Notes: generated by a model not told the origin, from the sequence alone. Shown: positions 15,373 to 24,519, numbered from the stretch's first letter. The stretch: DNA of 40,983 nucleotides from a bacterium (GCA_021785395.1 JAJYFO010000002.1:1-40983); one strand, 5' to 3'. Program-made: numbers and translations.

Positions 15373-18123
15373 TTAAATATTTTCAAGATTTGAAAAATGT
15401 AATTTATTACGTCCTCGTCTGGAAATATTGGCTTTAAGCCAATCATATCGGCTAGTATCATTGGAAAAAATAATTATTTGGTTGTAGTTTGTGATATTCC
15501 TGGCAAGAAATTCAAAATATTTAAGCATTGATTCGTCATCACAGTTGTAAAATGGATCAATAATTACCATGGGAATCCTTTGGTTATTGGTAATAAGCTT
15601 GAATAAACTTAGCCTAATTAGTAGTTCTATAAAATCTATTTTATTAATTAAAATATTTTTATGCGCTATGTCATTAAGATTTATTGTGGTGTCAGGTTTG
15701 GTTGTAACGAAAATACTGAAATCGGCATCAATAAATATATTAGATATGCCAAAGTCTTGTTCAAACGTTGTATTGCGTTCAAAAATTAACTCTAATTCGC
15801 GATTAATTGAATTGACCCAATATTTTAAATCTGGTTTAGATACTTCTTTTATTTTATTAGCAGCAATATAGATTGAATAATCGAAAGTTATGAATGAAAT
15901 TAACTTATTGGTCAAAAAATTAAGCTCATGTTGATTGTTCAAAAACTTTTCGTCAATTTCTTTTCGATTACTATTAATCAGGTTAGCTGTATTTGTAAAT
16001 TTTTGTAATAGCTCTTGTTTGTTTAAGCCAGGCAACAATAACTTATCAGCTTTGTCATTGATCTGGGTAATTTTATCTTCTATTTTGTTAATCGCAGCAA
16101 TTGTGTGGTCGATTACTGAATCTATGTCGTCAATTTGTGTAACTTGAATACTTATATCTTCAGATTCAATAATTTCGTTCCATTTATGAATCGTTGAAAG
16201 TCTTGATTTGTAGATTTCATAAGATTCTTCGAAGGTATTTAAATTTAAAATATTAAACTGAGAAAAAATCTGGGCGATTTTTTGATTTGTGGTATTAAGC
16301 GAATCTATAAGATTTTGACGTCTATTTTGACCAGCATCAATACTTTCTTTAGAATCGTTAAATATATCGCGACTTGATTTAAAAACATTGAGTTCAGAAC
16401 ATAGTTTTTCCAAAAAATCATAAGTTAATTCATTGTATTCAACCGAATTTTTATTGAGTATAGTAGCAATTTTGTCAATTATATTTTTTATTTCAACTTG
16501 TTTTGTATGAATCATTGGACCAATAACGCTTATATTGGTTTTACTAGTTTTAATGTTGTTTAACGTTGTAGTAAGCTTTTCTTGACTGGCATTAATTATT
16601 GAAATTTTATTCTTGATAATAGCTTTGTTATTTTGAAGTATATTTAATTCAGAATTGATGTCTGAAACATTTTGGGATGATGATTTGTTTTTGTTTTTTA
16701 GTACAACTAGTATTCCTGTTATTATTGCAAAAGTAAAACCGACTGCCAACAATAAAAGATAAATTCCTTGCAATGCTTGATGATTAAGTAAAAGTTGGTA
16801 CAATGAAGAACCAATTAAGCCAAGTGAAATTAAACTAGATGTAATAATTATGGGTAGATAAAATTTAGATATAGGACTAACTTTAACTTTATCTAATTCT
16901 TTATTTAACTGAATTTCTTGTTGATCCAAAATTGTTAATTCGTTTTGAGCTGCTTTTAAAAGGGCTTCATTAGTTTTAATGCTTATTTTGGTATCATTAA
17001 TTACGGCATCATTAATTTTAAGGTACGTTGCACTAACGTTTGGAGCTTTTGGATTGTTTTGCTTTTGTAAGTCATTTAATTCATTGTATAATTTTTTTAA
17101 ATTTGTTAATCCGTTATTGATTTCTAATATATCAGTATCAGTGATAGAACTGTATTTTGTATATTTTGACTGAAGTTCGTTTATGTTTTTATCAAATTCG
17201 TTTTTGGTTAAAATTAATTCAGTTTCTAATTTGTTAAAATCGTTAATTGAATTGTTACGCTCTATGATTAATTTTTCAGCTTCAGCCTCAATTATTTTTA
17301 AGATATTATTGTCAACAATAATATCTGCCCAATTAAATTTATGTTGTTTAACTTCATTTTGAATAATTTTAAGTTTTTTTAGTAAATCATTTAAATTATT
17401 AAGTTTGTTTTGATAAACAAAAATATTTTGCTGTTCATCAATAGTTTTAAACTTATCTAGATCTAGATTAATATTTTCTAATTCAATGATTAAGGATGAA
17501 TTATCATTTCTTTTACGGTCAAGAGTTTTTTGTACTTCATAGCATTTAGCTATTTTTGTTTTATGGTCGTTAATAAGGTTCTTTATATCTTTTTCAAAAT
17601 ATAAATCTGTCGAAGAAATTAATTCTAATGCTTTATGCGATTGAATAAATATATTATTTAAAATACCTTTTATTTTTTCGCTTAGACCTGTTACTTGTTC
17701 TTTTTGGTCTAAATAAGATAGGCTATACAAAAATGATAAATCAATTATTTCACTATCAATTCCTGTAATTACTTTATTAAGTAGATTGCTGTTATTTGCA
17801 AATAAATTTTTGGCATTTTCGTTATCAAAAGGTGGTTCTAATACTTTTATTTTAGAATTATGTAAATCCTTGATAATTTTTAAATGTTTTTCATGTAAAT
17901 TAATAATGAGAGCTATTTCGCCCAAATTATTATTTTGAGGCTTTTTTATAAAATTATCGGTGTCTGATTTGTTTTCGTACAAAACCAAATAAACAGATTT
18001 GGCTAGTTTATCTTTACTTGCCTCAGAATCGACTATAATGATGTTAATTTTATCTTCTAGAAAACATAATTTTTTATCATTAAAATTGCCGTATTGCTTA
18101 AAAATTACTTCTTCAATCCACAT
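15373..18123 (-). CDS. SbcC/Rad50/YhaN-like long coiled-coil protein with degenerate ATPase head motifs and a central two-TM hairpin
   Basis: N-terminal head MWIEEVIFKQYGNFNDKKLCF..INIIIVDSEASKDKL. C-terminal head IPMVIIDPFYNCDDE..IIIFSND. Long heptad-rich arms. Hydrophobic helices at aa ~420-444 and ~452-475. ATG 18123 has AAGAGG upstream and overlaps the upstream gene by 11 nt. Confidence 0.6.
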   Translation of the reverse strand: MWIEEVIFKQYGNFNDKKLCFLEDKINIIIVDSEASKDKLAKSVYLVLYENKSDTDNFIKKPQNNNLGEIALIINLHEKHLKIIKDLHNSKIKVLEPPFDNENAKNLFANNSNLLNKVITGIDSEIIDLSFLYSLSYLDQKEQVTGLSEKIKGILNNIFIQSHKALELISSTDLYFEKDIKNLINDHKTKIAKCYEVQKTLDRKRNDNSSLIIELENINLDLDKFKTIDEQQNIFVYQNKLNNLNDLLKKLKIIQNEVKQHKFNWADIIVDNNILKIIEAEAEKLIIERNNSINDFNKLETELILTKNEFDKNINELQSKYTKYSSITDTDILEINNGLTNLKKLYNELNDLQKQNNPKAPNVSATYLKINDAVINDTKISIKTNEALLKAAQNELTILDQQEIQLNKELDKVKVSPISKFYLPIIITSSLISLGLIGSSLYQLLLNHQALQGIYLLLLAVGFTFAIITGILVVLKNKNKSSSQNVSDINSELNILQNNKAIIKNKISIINASQEKLTTTLNNIKTSKTNISVIGPMIHTKQVEIKNIIDKIATILNKNSVEYNELTYDFLEKLCSELNVFKSSRDIFNDSKESIDAGQNRRQNLIDSLNTTNQKIAQIFSQFNILNLNTFEESYEIYKSRLSTIHKWNEIIESEDISIQVTQIDDIDSVIDHTIAAINKIEDKITQINDKADKLLLPGLNKQELLQKFTNTANLINSNRKEIDEKFLNNQHELNFLTNKLISFITFDYSIYIAANKIKEVSKPDLKYWVNSINRELELIFERNTTFEQDFGISNIFIDADFSIFVTTKPDTTINLNDIAHKNILINKIDFIELLIRLSLFKLITNNQRIPMVIIDPFYNCDDESMLKYFEFLARNITNYNQIIIFSNDTSRYDWLKANISRRGRNKLHFSNLENI

Positions 18124-19366
18124 TATAACCTCTTAGCATTTTATTATTTAAAGCATCAAGACCATAAAATAAGGCTTTATCTATAATTTTAGACGTATCT
18201 ATAGTTTTGTGTTGTTTATCTAATATACTTTGGATATCCGGGTCTTCAGGTATTAATCTTGAGATATTTTCGTTGGCATATTCTTTTTTGTAATTTTTAA
18301 TTTCTTCGATGTATTTCAACTGGATACTGTCAGGTTTAAATTGAACAGCTAAATAATCGGGTCTAGCTTCATTAATAATTTCATAGTAATAAAAATCATT
18401 TAAGAAGTTAATTATTGGCTTAAAATAGTCATTTTCATCAATACTATAATTACCAAAAAGTCTTAATATAATCAAATCACTATTTTTAACGGCTTCTACT
18501 TCATGACATAAAGCTTCTATTTCATTAACTAAATTTTCGCTACTTAAACTGCCAACGTTAATAGTTAAATTTATAATTTTGCGCCATGGGTCATATACTT
18601 TTTGTTGATTAAAATTGTAATTACCAGGACTTCCTGACAATTTTACTATGCTTACATTAGATATTTCATCAATGGCTTTTGAAGTTATGTAGGTATTGGC
18701 AGTGCTTAAAATATGGGTATTATTCTCTTTCGTGTAATTGTTTTCTACATAACTCGAAGTTGCAATAAAATCGACGTTTTTTTCTATAAATTGGTCTATA
18801 TTACAAGTATAAGTAAAATGGTTGTCAAAAATAAAATTATTTGAATAATAGCGTCCGTATGGTATTGACAATAAAAGAATATTGAGTCCTTCGTCAATTT
18901 TTAAATTTGGCTTTGGCTCGAAATTATAGTTATAATTGGCTCCATGGATAAATATATTTTTATTAATGGCAAAACTTTGGTACTCATTACTACTAAAAAT
19001 ATGGACATTATCGGACCAAGTCTTTAGGTTAAGAGCTTTTAATAGATTATTGTCATAGGCTAGTTTGAAACTATTATTATTACTGGATATTGGTGCTATA
19101 TAAAAATTTATGTCGTTGTTTTGGGCTAGTACTTCAACAAATTTTTGTTGCGTCTGGGTTCGAACGTTACAGGTGTCAAATAGTCCACCTGGGATTAATA
19201 CGTGTTTAATATTATAGTTGTTAAGGTTGGCTAGCAAATTAAGTATATTGTCGATTAACTCATTGTTTAACGTGGTAATCTGTTGACTGTTAAGATTAAA
19301 GTCACTAAATAACTCCGGACAATCAATTTGCGGTGAGGATAATAATAAAAATTCAAAATTTTCCAT
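18113..19366 (-). CDS. SbcD/Mre11/YhaO-like calcineurin-fold protein with substituted metal-binding motifs (predicted catalytically inactive)
   Basis: Relic motifs: FLLLSSPQID (for hhhhsDxHhg), VLIPGGLFD (for GDLFD), FYIAPISSNNN (for GNHD), NVHIFSS. Translationally coupled to the SbcC-like gene. Confidence 0.5.
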   Translation of the reverse strand: MENFEFLLLSSPQIDCPELFSDFNLNSQQITTLNNELIDNILNLLANLNNYNIKHVLIPGGLFDTCNVRTQTQQKFVEVLAQNNDINFYIAPISSNNNSFKLAYDNNLLKALNLKTWSDNVHIFSSNEYQSFAINKNIFIHGANYNYNFEPKPNLKIDEGLNILLLSIPYGRYYSNNFIFDNHFTYTCNIDQFIEKNVDFIATSSYVENNYTKENNTHILSTANTYITSKAIDEISNVSIVKLSGSPGNYNFNQQKVYDPWRKIINLTINVGSLSSENLVNEIEALCHEVEAVKNSDLIILRLFGNYSIDENDYFKPIINFLNDFYYYEIINEARPDYLAVQFKPDSIQLKYIEEIKNYKKEYANENISRLIPEDPDIQSILDKQHKTIDTSKIIDKALFYGLDALNNKMLRGYNVD

Positions 19367-19373
19367 ATATAAC

Positions 19374-20576
19374 CTAAGGTTTAGACACTATTGTAGCAAT
19401 ACCTTGACCAACACCGATGCACATTGTTGCTAATCCATAATTGAAATTTTGACGTTTCATCTCGTAAATAAGTGTGGTTAATATGCGAGCACCACTTGCT
19501 CCAAGAGGGTGTCCAAGAGCTATAGCTCCCCCGTTTATGTTGACTTTATCTTGGTTCAGCTTTAACTCATTAATACACGCTAAGCTTTGAGCGGCAAAAG
19601 CCTCATTTAATTCAATTAAATCTATTTGTTCTAGCTTTAAGCCAGCTCTCACTAGACATTTTTGAGTAGCGTATACTGGACCTATTCCCATAATAGCTGG
19701 GTCTACCCCGCACACACTTGACGCTACAAAGCGAGCAAGAGGTTTTAGATTTAACTCATTTACAATTCTTTCACTCACAATGAGTAGCACACAGGCACCG
19801 TCATTAATTCCGGAAGAATTACCAGCTGTGACACTTCCATTTTCACTAAAAGCTGGCTTTAGCCTAGTTAAATCTTCAAGTTTAGAGTTTGCACGCGGGT
19901 GCTCGTCAGCATTAAATATAAAGCTTTGCTTTTTTTGTTTGATTTCAATTGGAATAATTTCATCTGCAAATTTGTTGTCGGCTTTAGCTTTGGCGTATTT
20001 AAGCTGACTAGATAAGGCAAATTCGTCCTGATTTTTTCTTGATATGTTATATTTAACAGCGACATTTTCGGCTGTCTGACCCATTGTATATGGGTAATGC
20101 TGTTTAGCTAGTTCGCTATTAATAAATCGCCAGCCAATTGTTGTATCATATAAAGTGGTATCACCTCTTTGAAATGGGTCAGTAGGCTTAGCCATCACAA
20201 ATGGAGCTCTAGACATTGATTCAACCCCACCAGCTATAAATATATCACCTTCATTAGCTAAAATAGAAGTACATGCCATATTAACAGCCATAAGACCCGA
20301 ACCGCAAAGCCTATTAATAGTTGATCCAGCTACCGTAACCGGTAATCCGGCTATTAGACTTGCCATACGTCCAATATTTCTATTATCTTCGCCAGCCTGA
20401 TTGGAGCAACCAAGGATGACGTCGTCAATTTGTTCCGGGTTAATTTTAGGATTGCGCTTAATTAGTTCTTTTATAACTATGGCAGCCATATCGTCTGGCC
20501 TAATTGAACTTAGGCTTCCGGCGTATTTACCAAATGGAGTTCTTAAACCGTCTATGATGTAGGCTGTTTTATTCAT
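19374..20576 (-). CDS. Acetyl-CoA C-acetyltransferase (thiolase II family)
   Basis: NRLCGSGL (active Cys), GNSSGINDGA, NINGGAIALGHPLGASGARI and CIGVGQGIA motifs. ATG 20576 has AAGGA 8 nt upstream. The ORF-track start at 20582 is also possible. Confidence 0.93.
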   Translation of the reverse strand: MNKTAYIIDGLRTPFGKYAGSLSSIRPDDMAAIVIKELIKRNPKINPEQIDDVILGCSNQAGEDNRNIGRMASLIAGLPVTVAGSTINRLCGSGLMAVNMACTSILANEGDIFIAGGVESMSRAPFVMAKPTDPFQRGDTTLYDTTIGWRFINSELAKQHYPYTMGQTAENVAVKYNISRKNQDEFALSSQLKYAKAKADNKFADEIIPIEIKQKKQSFIFNADEHPRANSKLEDLTRLKPAFSENGSVTAGNSSGINDGACVLLIVSERIVNELNLKPLARFVASSVCGVDPAIMGIGPVYATQKCLVRAGLKLEQIDLIELNEAFAAQSLACINELKLNQDKVNINGGAIALGHPLGASGARILTTLIYEMKRQNFNYGLATMCIGVGQGIATIVSKP

Positions 20577-22578
20577 TACCATTATCCTTTGGGTCTAAAA
20601 TCCACCAGGTGTTGTCGGATACAAGTTTTTCGAGTATGTAGCTGGGAGTTTTTAAATTTTTGGCGACACTAGCTCTGACATTAGGATTAGGGTCGAGGCT
20701 TAATTTACTCAATGTCTGCGTATCTGTATTGGGATTTTGAGCTACTAGAAGTCTGATTTTATCATAGGCGTTCTGACTCAATTTTACCAAAACCGAGTCA
20801 GGTGATTTGCCATTTTTGGCTAGCTCTATTAAAACAAGTTTGTCATTTGTGTTAAGAAGACTTTCTAATAAATCTTCTGGGCTTTTAGAATTACCAGCTA
20901 GAACTGCTTTAATGGCGATGTCTGGGTTATTACTTAATTTATTTAGTATATTTACGGGTGTATTATTGCTGCCGGCTAAGAGCAAATGTAATTCTTTGCC
21001 AGCGTGATTATAGATGGTATCATATAATTCATTGGGTAAATTTGGAAGTGTTAAAATCCTCTGGCTTAGGACTATATCGTCAGTATTGGCTAGCCTTAGC
21101 AAAAGCGAAGTTGGCGTGTTTTTGTTTATTACCAGCAATCTTAGGATAAATGAGTTCTTTTCAGTGGCCAAGCTATTTATTACAGTTACCGGTGTTAGGT
21201 CATTTTTAGCTAGAGCAATTTTGATTTTATCATCATTTAGATTATATAATTCGTTGAATAAACCATCTCTATGGCTGTATACTTCATCGTTACCAGCAAA
21301 ATTATTATTGGCTAGAGCTAGAAGTGCACCATAACTACCATTTTTCAAAAGTTCTTTGACACAGGCGTAGGGGATGAATTTATTGCTAGCTAAGGCTGTT
21401 TTTACAATTGAATTATCTATTTGAGCTAAATTTAGATATTCTGTTTCGGTTAAATCAACCCTTAGGGCTAGAGACGCTAAAACACTCGTACAATTTGATT
21501 TTAACAGATTAGTACGAGTTTTAGAATCCAATTTGGGTAATTGACTTATGGCCGTTAAAATGCGTGGATCTTTATCGCTAGACAAATTGTAGATATAATC
21601 CAATGGTGTAATAGGATTCAAAACGACAGCATATCTAACTTTTCCGTTACTATCGATTGATAATTTTTTTAAATCTGTTAAGGAAATATTTTTGTTATGG
21701 GCGGCTTCGGCTCTTACCATGAAATTCTGGTCTTGGGACAATTTGCTTAATAGAGTGGACGAAGCGTTTGGATTACTGGCTATAGCCTGCCTTACGATAG
21801 AATTCTTATCGTTAACGAGGTAGGTTAAATTTTCTATGGTACAGTTGTTATTAGCTGCTACCAGCGACCGAACACCTAAATCTCCATCGTGGCTTAGGAT
21901 AGTTAAAACTTCTTGGTTTTGGTTGGCTTGTTGAGCTAGACAGGTTCTTATCGTTCGGTCTCCGGTTTTAGCCAGGTAAATTTTTAACTCTTTTGATGAG
22001 CTTTTATTTAAGGCCAAATTAATGAGCATGACTTGCGTTTTGACACTGCTTAAGGCAAGTGTGTAAAGCGTTTTGGCCGGCACCTTAGGATTTAAGGCCA
22101 GTAACTCGTATATTTGTGGCTCCTGGCATTTTATTATTTGATTTATAACAGCTTCACTTAAAGCATTGGGGTTTTGTAATAGATAAGCTTTAACCAGCGA
22201 AGTTGAATTGGCAGCCAGATTATAGGCTGTATTGGCTGGAATTCTGGGGTTTGAGGCGACTGCACTTTTATATACATCATAAATTCGAGGGTTTTGATTG
22301 ACACCTGAATTGGCAATTTTATTTAAGCACTCGGTTGGACAATTAGGATTTGATAAGGCAAATAGACTTACAAAAGGTAAAGGATGTTTATAAATTAAAT
22401 TTTTATTAAAGTCGTACCTTGGGATTAAAGTATCGATCCATAAATCGTGATAACTACCAATATTAAATTCTTCATCTTTTACGGTAGAATTTTGAGAGCT
22501 GGCAAAGTTGGCACTAACGCCTAAAAAAAGGATTATCACTATAATATATTTTTTTAAATTTATCTTAATTAAATTCAT
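20569..22578 (-). CDS. Secreted leucine-rich-repeat-variant (LRV/HEAT-like) repeat protein
   Basis: Signal peptide MNLIKINLKKYIIVIILFLGVSANFASS. More than 20 degenerate ~23-24-aa repeats of the form D..VR.a.A.NPN.p...L.kLs, for example VRQAIASNPNASSTLLSKLSQDQNFMVRAEAAHNKNISLTDLKKLS. Confidence 0.6.
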   Translation of the reverse strand: MNLIKINLKKYIIVIILFLGVSANFASSQNSTVKDEEFNIGSYHDLWIDTLIPRYDFNKNLIYKHPLPFVSLFALSNPNCPTECLNKIANSGVNQNPRIYDVYKSAVASNPRIPANTAYNLAANSTSLVKAYLLQNPNALSEAVINQIIKCQEPQIYELLALNPKVPAKTLYTLALSSVKTQVMLINLALNKSSSKELKIYLAKTGDRTIRTCLAQQANQNQEVLTILSHDGDLGVRSLVAANNNCTIENLTYLVNDKNSIVRQAIASNPNASSTLLSKLSQDQNFMVRAEAAHNKNISLTDLKKLSIDSNGKVRYAVVLNPITPLDYIYNLSSDKDPRILTAISQLPKLDSKTRTNLLKSNCTSVLASLALRVDLTETEYLNLAQIDNSIVKTALASNKFIPYACVKELLKNGSYGALLALANNNFAGNDEVYSHRDGLFNELYNLNDDKIKIALAKNDLTPVTVINSLATEKNSFILRLLVINKNTPTSLLLRLANTDDIVLSQRILTLPNLPNELYDTIYNHAGKELHLLLAGSNNTPVNILNKLSNNPDIAIKAVLAGNSKSPEDLLESLLNTNDKLVLIELAKNGKSPDSVLVKLSQNAYDKIRLLVAQNPNTDTQTLSKLSLDPNPNVRASVAKNLKTPSYILEKLVSDNTWWILDPKDNGNE

Positions 22579-22650
22579 TTCTTGTATATCTATTTCAACT
22601 CCCCAAGGTAATAAAAGAACATTCTATGATTCGTAACTATTGTAAATTAT

Positions 22651-24519
22651 TTATCGATTATTTGTCGTTTTAGATGCTTTAATCTGATTAATTGTATTAA
22701 TAATTATGTCAGGTGTTATAATTTCCGGTAAAATATATGGTTTTAGCCTATCGTTAGGACTATAGAAAACGTATAAGGGTACGCCGCTGCGGTCGTATTT
22801 TTTTAACAGATCAGTTATATCAGGGTTACTAGTTGTCCAGTCAAATTTGATAGCCTTAACGTTATTGTCCTTAAATGATTTTACTACATCTTGATTATCA
22901 AGCACTAATTTTTCGTTGGCTTGACAAGTTAGACACCATTTAGCCGTAAAATCAAAAAATAAAATATTCTCACTAGCCATGAGTTCTTTGAGTAAATCAG
23001 GGGTATAATTTACATAATTAATTTTATTCGTGTCTGAATTTTTGTCATAGGCATTGTTTTGAGTTAAACTTGTTTTGGCGTTAAAGATTGGTGTAACCAA
23101 AAAGTAAAAAAACAAACCTGTCACAAAAATGGCTAATGTGTTTACGATGACTGTTTTCTTATGACTTGTCGATAAGTCGACTAGTTTGCTTTTTAAAAAT
23201 ACTACAAATGACAAAATATTGAGAAAGAATAATAAGTTTATAAACTGGTTAACCTCGATTTGCATGGCTAGGACAGAAATCAGCCATATAGCCGTAAACA
23301 TCATGACAAACCCCATGCTTTGTTTTAAAGTATCCATCCATAGACCTGGTTTTGGAATAAACTTTACTAATTGTGGGCTTATGGCTATCAGTAAATAGGG
23401 CAAGGACATACCCAAGCCAATTGTCATAAAGACCCAAAAAGAAATGTACCATGGTTGGCTAAAGGCAAAACCCAGAGCTGAACCTAAAAAAGGAGCTGTG
23501 CAGGGAGTTGACAGGCAAGTCGCTAAGACCCCGTTAAAAAATGTTCCGGTATACCCACGTTTATCGCTAAGCTTATTTAGGGCTGAAGTAGGCACAGGAA
23601 TGTCAATATAAAATACGCCAAATAAGCTTAGACTTAAAACAACTATCAAAAGTATCATAAATACTAAAAATAGTGGCGATTGAAACTGAAAACCCCAGCC
23701 AATATTGCGACCCAAATTTTGTAGGGTAATTATTATAAGACCTAAAATGGCAAAAGAAGACCATATTCCGCTTGAAAAAATGATCGTCTGCTTGCGGATA
23801 ATAGCCTTGTCGTTATGGGCTTCTTCGACAAAGTTTAATACTTTTAAAGCTACTACAGGAAGTACACAGGGCATGAAATTTAAAATAATGCCACCTATAA
23901 AGGCAAAACCTATAAAGCCCAAAATTTTAAGTAATTTTTCAGGAGTTAAACGATTTTGATTGGTTGTGGTATTAGATAAAGAGTCTGGTTTGACTTCATT
24001 ACTGGTATTAAAATTAGTATTTGCTTGGCTTATTGCCTCGATGGGGATACTTATATCGAGTTTAGTTTGTCCAGGAATACACGAATCTTTGCACGCCAGC
24101 CAAGCAATATTAGCTTCTATATTTAAATTAGAACCAGGTTTGGGTTTAGAATTTAAAATTAATTCGTAAGGGAAAACTACCGAATCTTCGTAACCTATTG
24201 TTTTAAAGCCAGAATCAATAAAAACTTTGGGCTTAGGCCAGGGTTTTTCATTAATCGTGTAATCAGGACTTTTCGACCAGGTAATCGTAGTGGGTTTACC
24301 AATGTCGCCGGGATTTTTATAATAAATGTGATAGTGGGGCTGTAGTTTAAATACTACGTTTATACCGAATTTATTAGTATTCTGGCTTAAATTCAAATAC
24401 TGTGGTATTATCTGACAATTTAAAGTTTTGCCAGAATACTCTTGACTTGCCATTGTGACAACTGTGTTTAAACTTAAAAAAAACAGCCATAATAAAATTG
24501 TTTTTAGTTTAAACATCAA
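22651..24519 (-). CDS. dsbD: Thiol:disulfide interchange protein DsbD (alpha domain, CcdA-like membrane core, C-terminal thioredoxin)
   Basis: CKDSCIPG (alpha domain), FMPCVLPV and TPCTAPFLG (membrane Cys pair), WCLTCQ (thioredoxin CxxC). Confidence 0.9.
   Translation of the reverse strand: MMFKLKTILLWLFFLSLNTVVTMASQEYSGKTLNCQIIPQYLNLSQNTNKFGINVVFKLQPHYHIYYKNPGDIGKPTTITWSKSPDYTINEKPWPKPKVFIDSGFKTIGYEDSVVFPYELILNSKPKPGSNLNIEANIAWLACKDSCIPGQTKLDISIPIEAISQANTNFNTSNEVKPDSLSNTTTNQNRLTPEKLLKILGFIGFAFIGGIILNFMPCVLPVVALKVLNFVEEAHNDKAIIRKQTIIFSSGIWSSFAILGLIIITLQNLGRNIGWGFQFQSPLFLVFMILLIVVLSLSLFGVFYIDIPVPTSALNKLSDKRGYTGTFFNGVLATCLSTPCTAPFLGSALGFAFSQPWYISFWVFMTIGLGMSLPYLLIAISPQLVKFIPKPGLWMDTLKQSMGFVMMFTAIWLISVLAMQIEVNQFINLLFFLNILSFVVFLKSKLVDLSTSHKKTVIVNTLAIFVTGLFFYFLVTPIFNAKTSLTQNNAYDKNSDTNKINYVNYTPDLLKELMASENILFFDFTAKWCLTCQANEKLVLDNQDVVKSFKDNNVKAIKFDWTTSNPDITDLLKKYDRSGVPLYVFYSPNDRLKPYILPEIITPDIIINTINQIKASKTTNNR

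Noticed and set aside
15354-15461. N-terminal 36-codon extension of the cytochrome c ORF
   Set aside because: It would overlap the end of the SbcC-like gene by 89 nt and add a non-signal-like sequence. The internal ATG at 15353 has a GGAGG and yields a canonical signal peptide.
15569-17173. Short plus-strand ORFs (15569..15871, 15935..16147, 16979..17173) inside the SbcC-like gene. Similar antisense or alternative-frame ORFs elsewhere: 1905..2090, 4770..5039, 5971..6180, 6955..7290, 10371..10706, 11246..11482, 11616..11816, 12691..12888, 13710..13913, 13989..14195, 19780..20065, 20807..21334, 23186..24169, 25973..26200, 26851..27042, 27995..28207, 30296..30625, 30893..31090, 32399..32662, 35759..35941, 39318..39566, 39756..39956, 40319..40663
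   Set aside because: All are fully nested in, or antisense to, much longer ORFs with clear family motifs. They are hydrophobic or low-complexity translations typical of AT-rich antisense frames, with no independent start signals.
15373-19366. Reading the SMC-like plus phosphoesterase-like pair as an anti-phage defence system (Lamassu, Wadjet or Gabija-like)
   Set aside because: There is no effector domain, no kleisin/JetABCD-like partners, no mobile-element or defence-island context, and both catalytic motif sets are degenerate. The flanks are housekeeping genes. Defence cannot be excluded, but the sequence does not support it.
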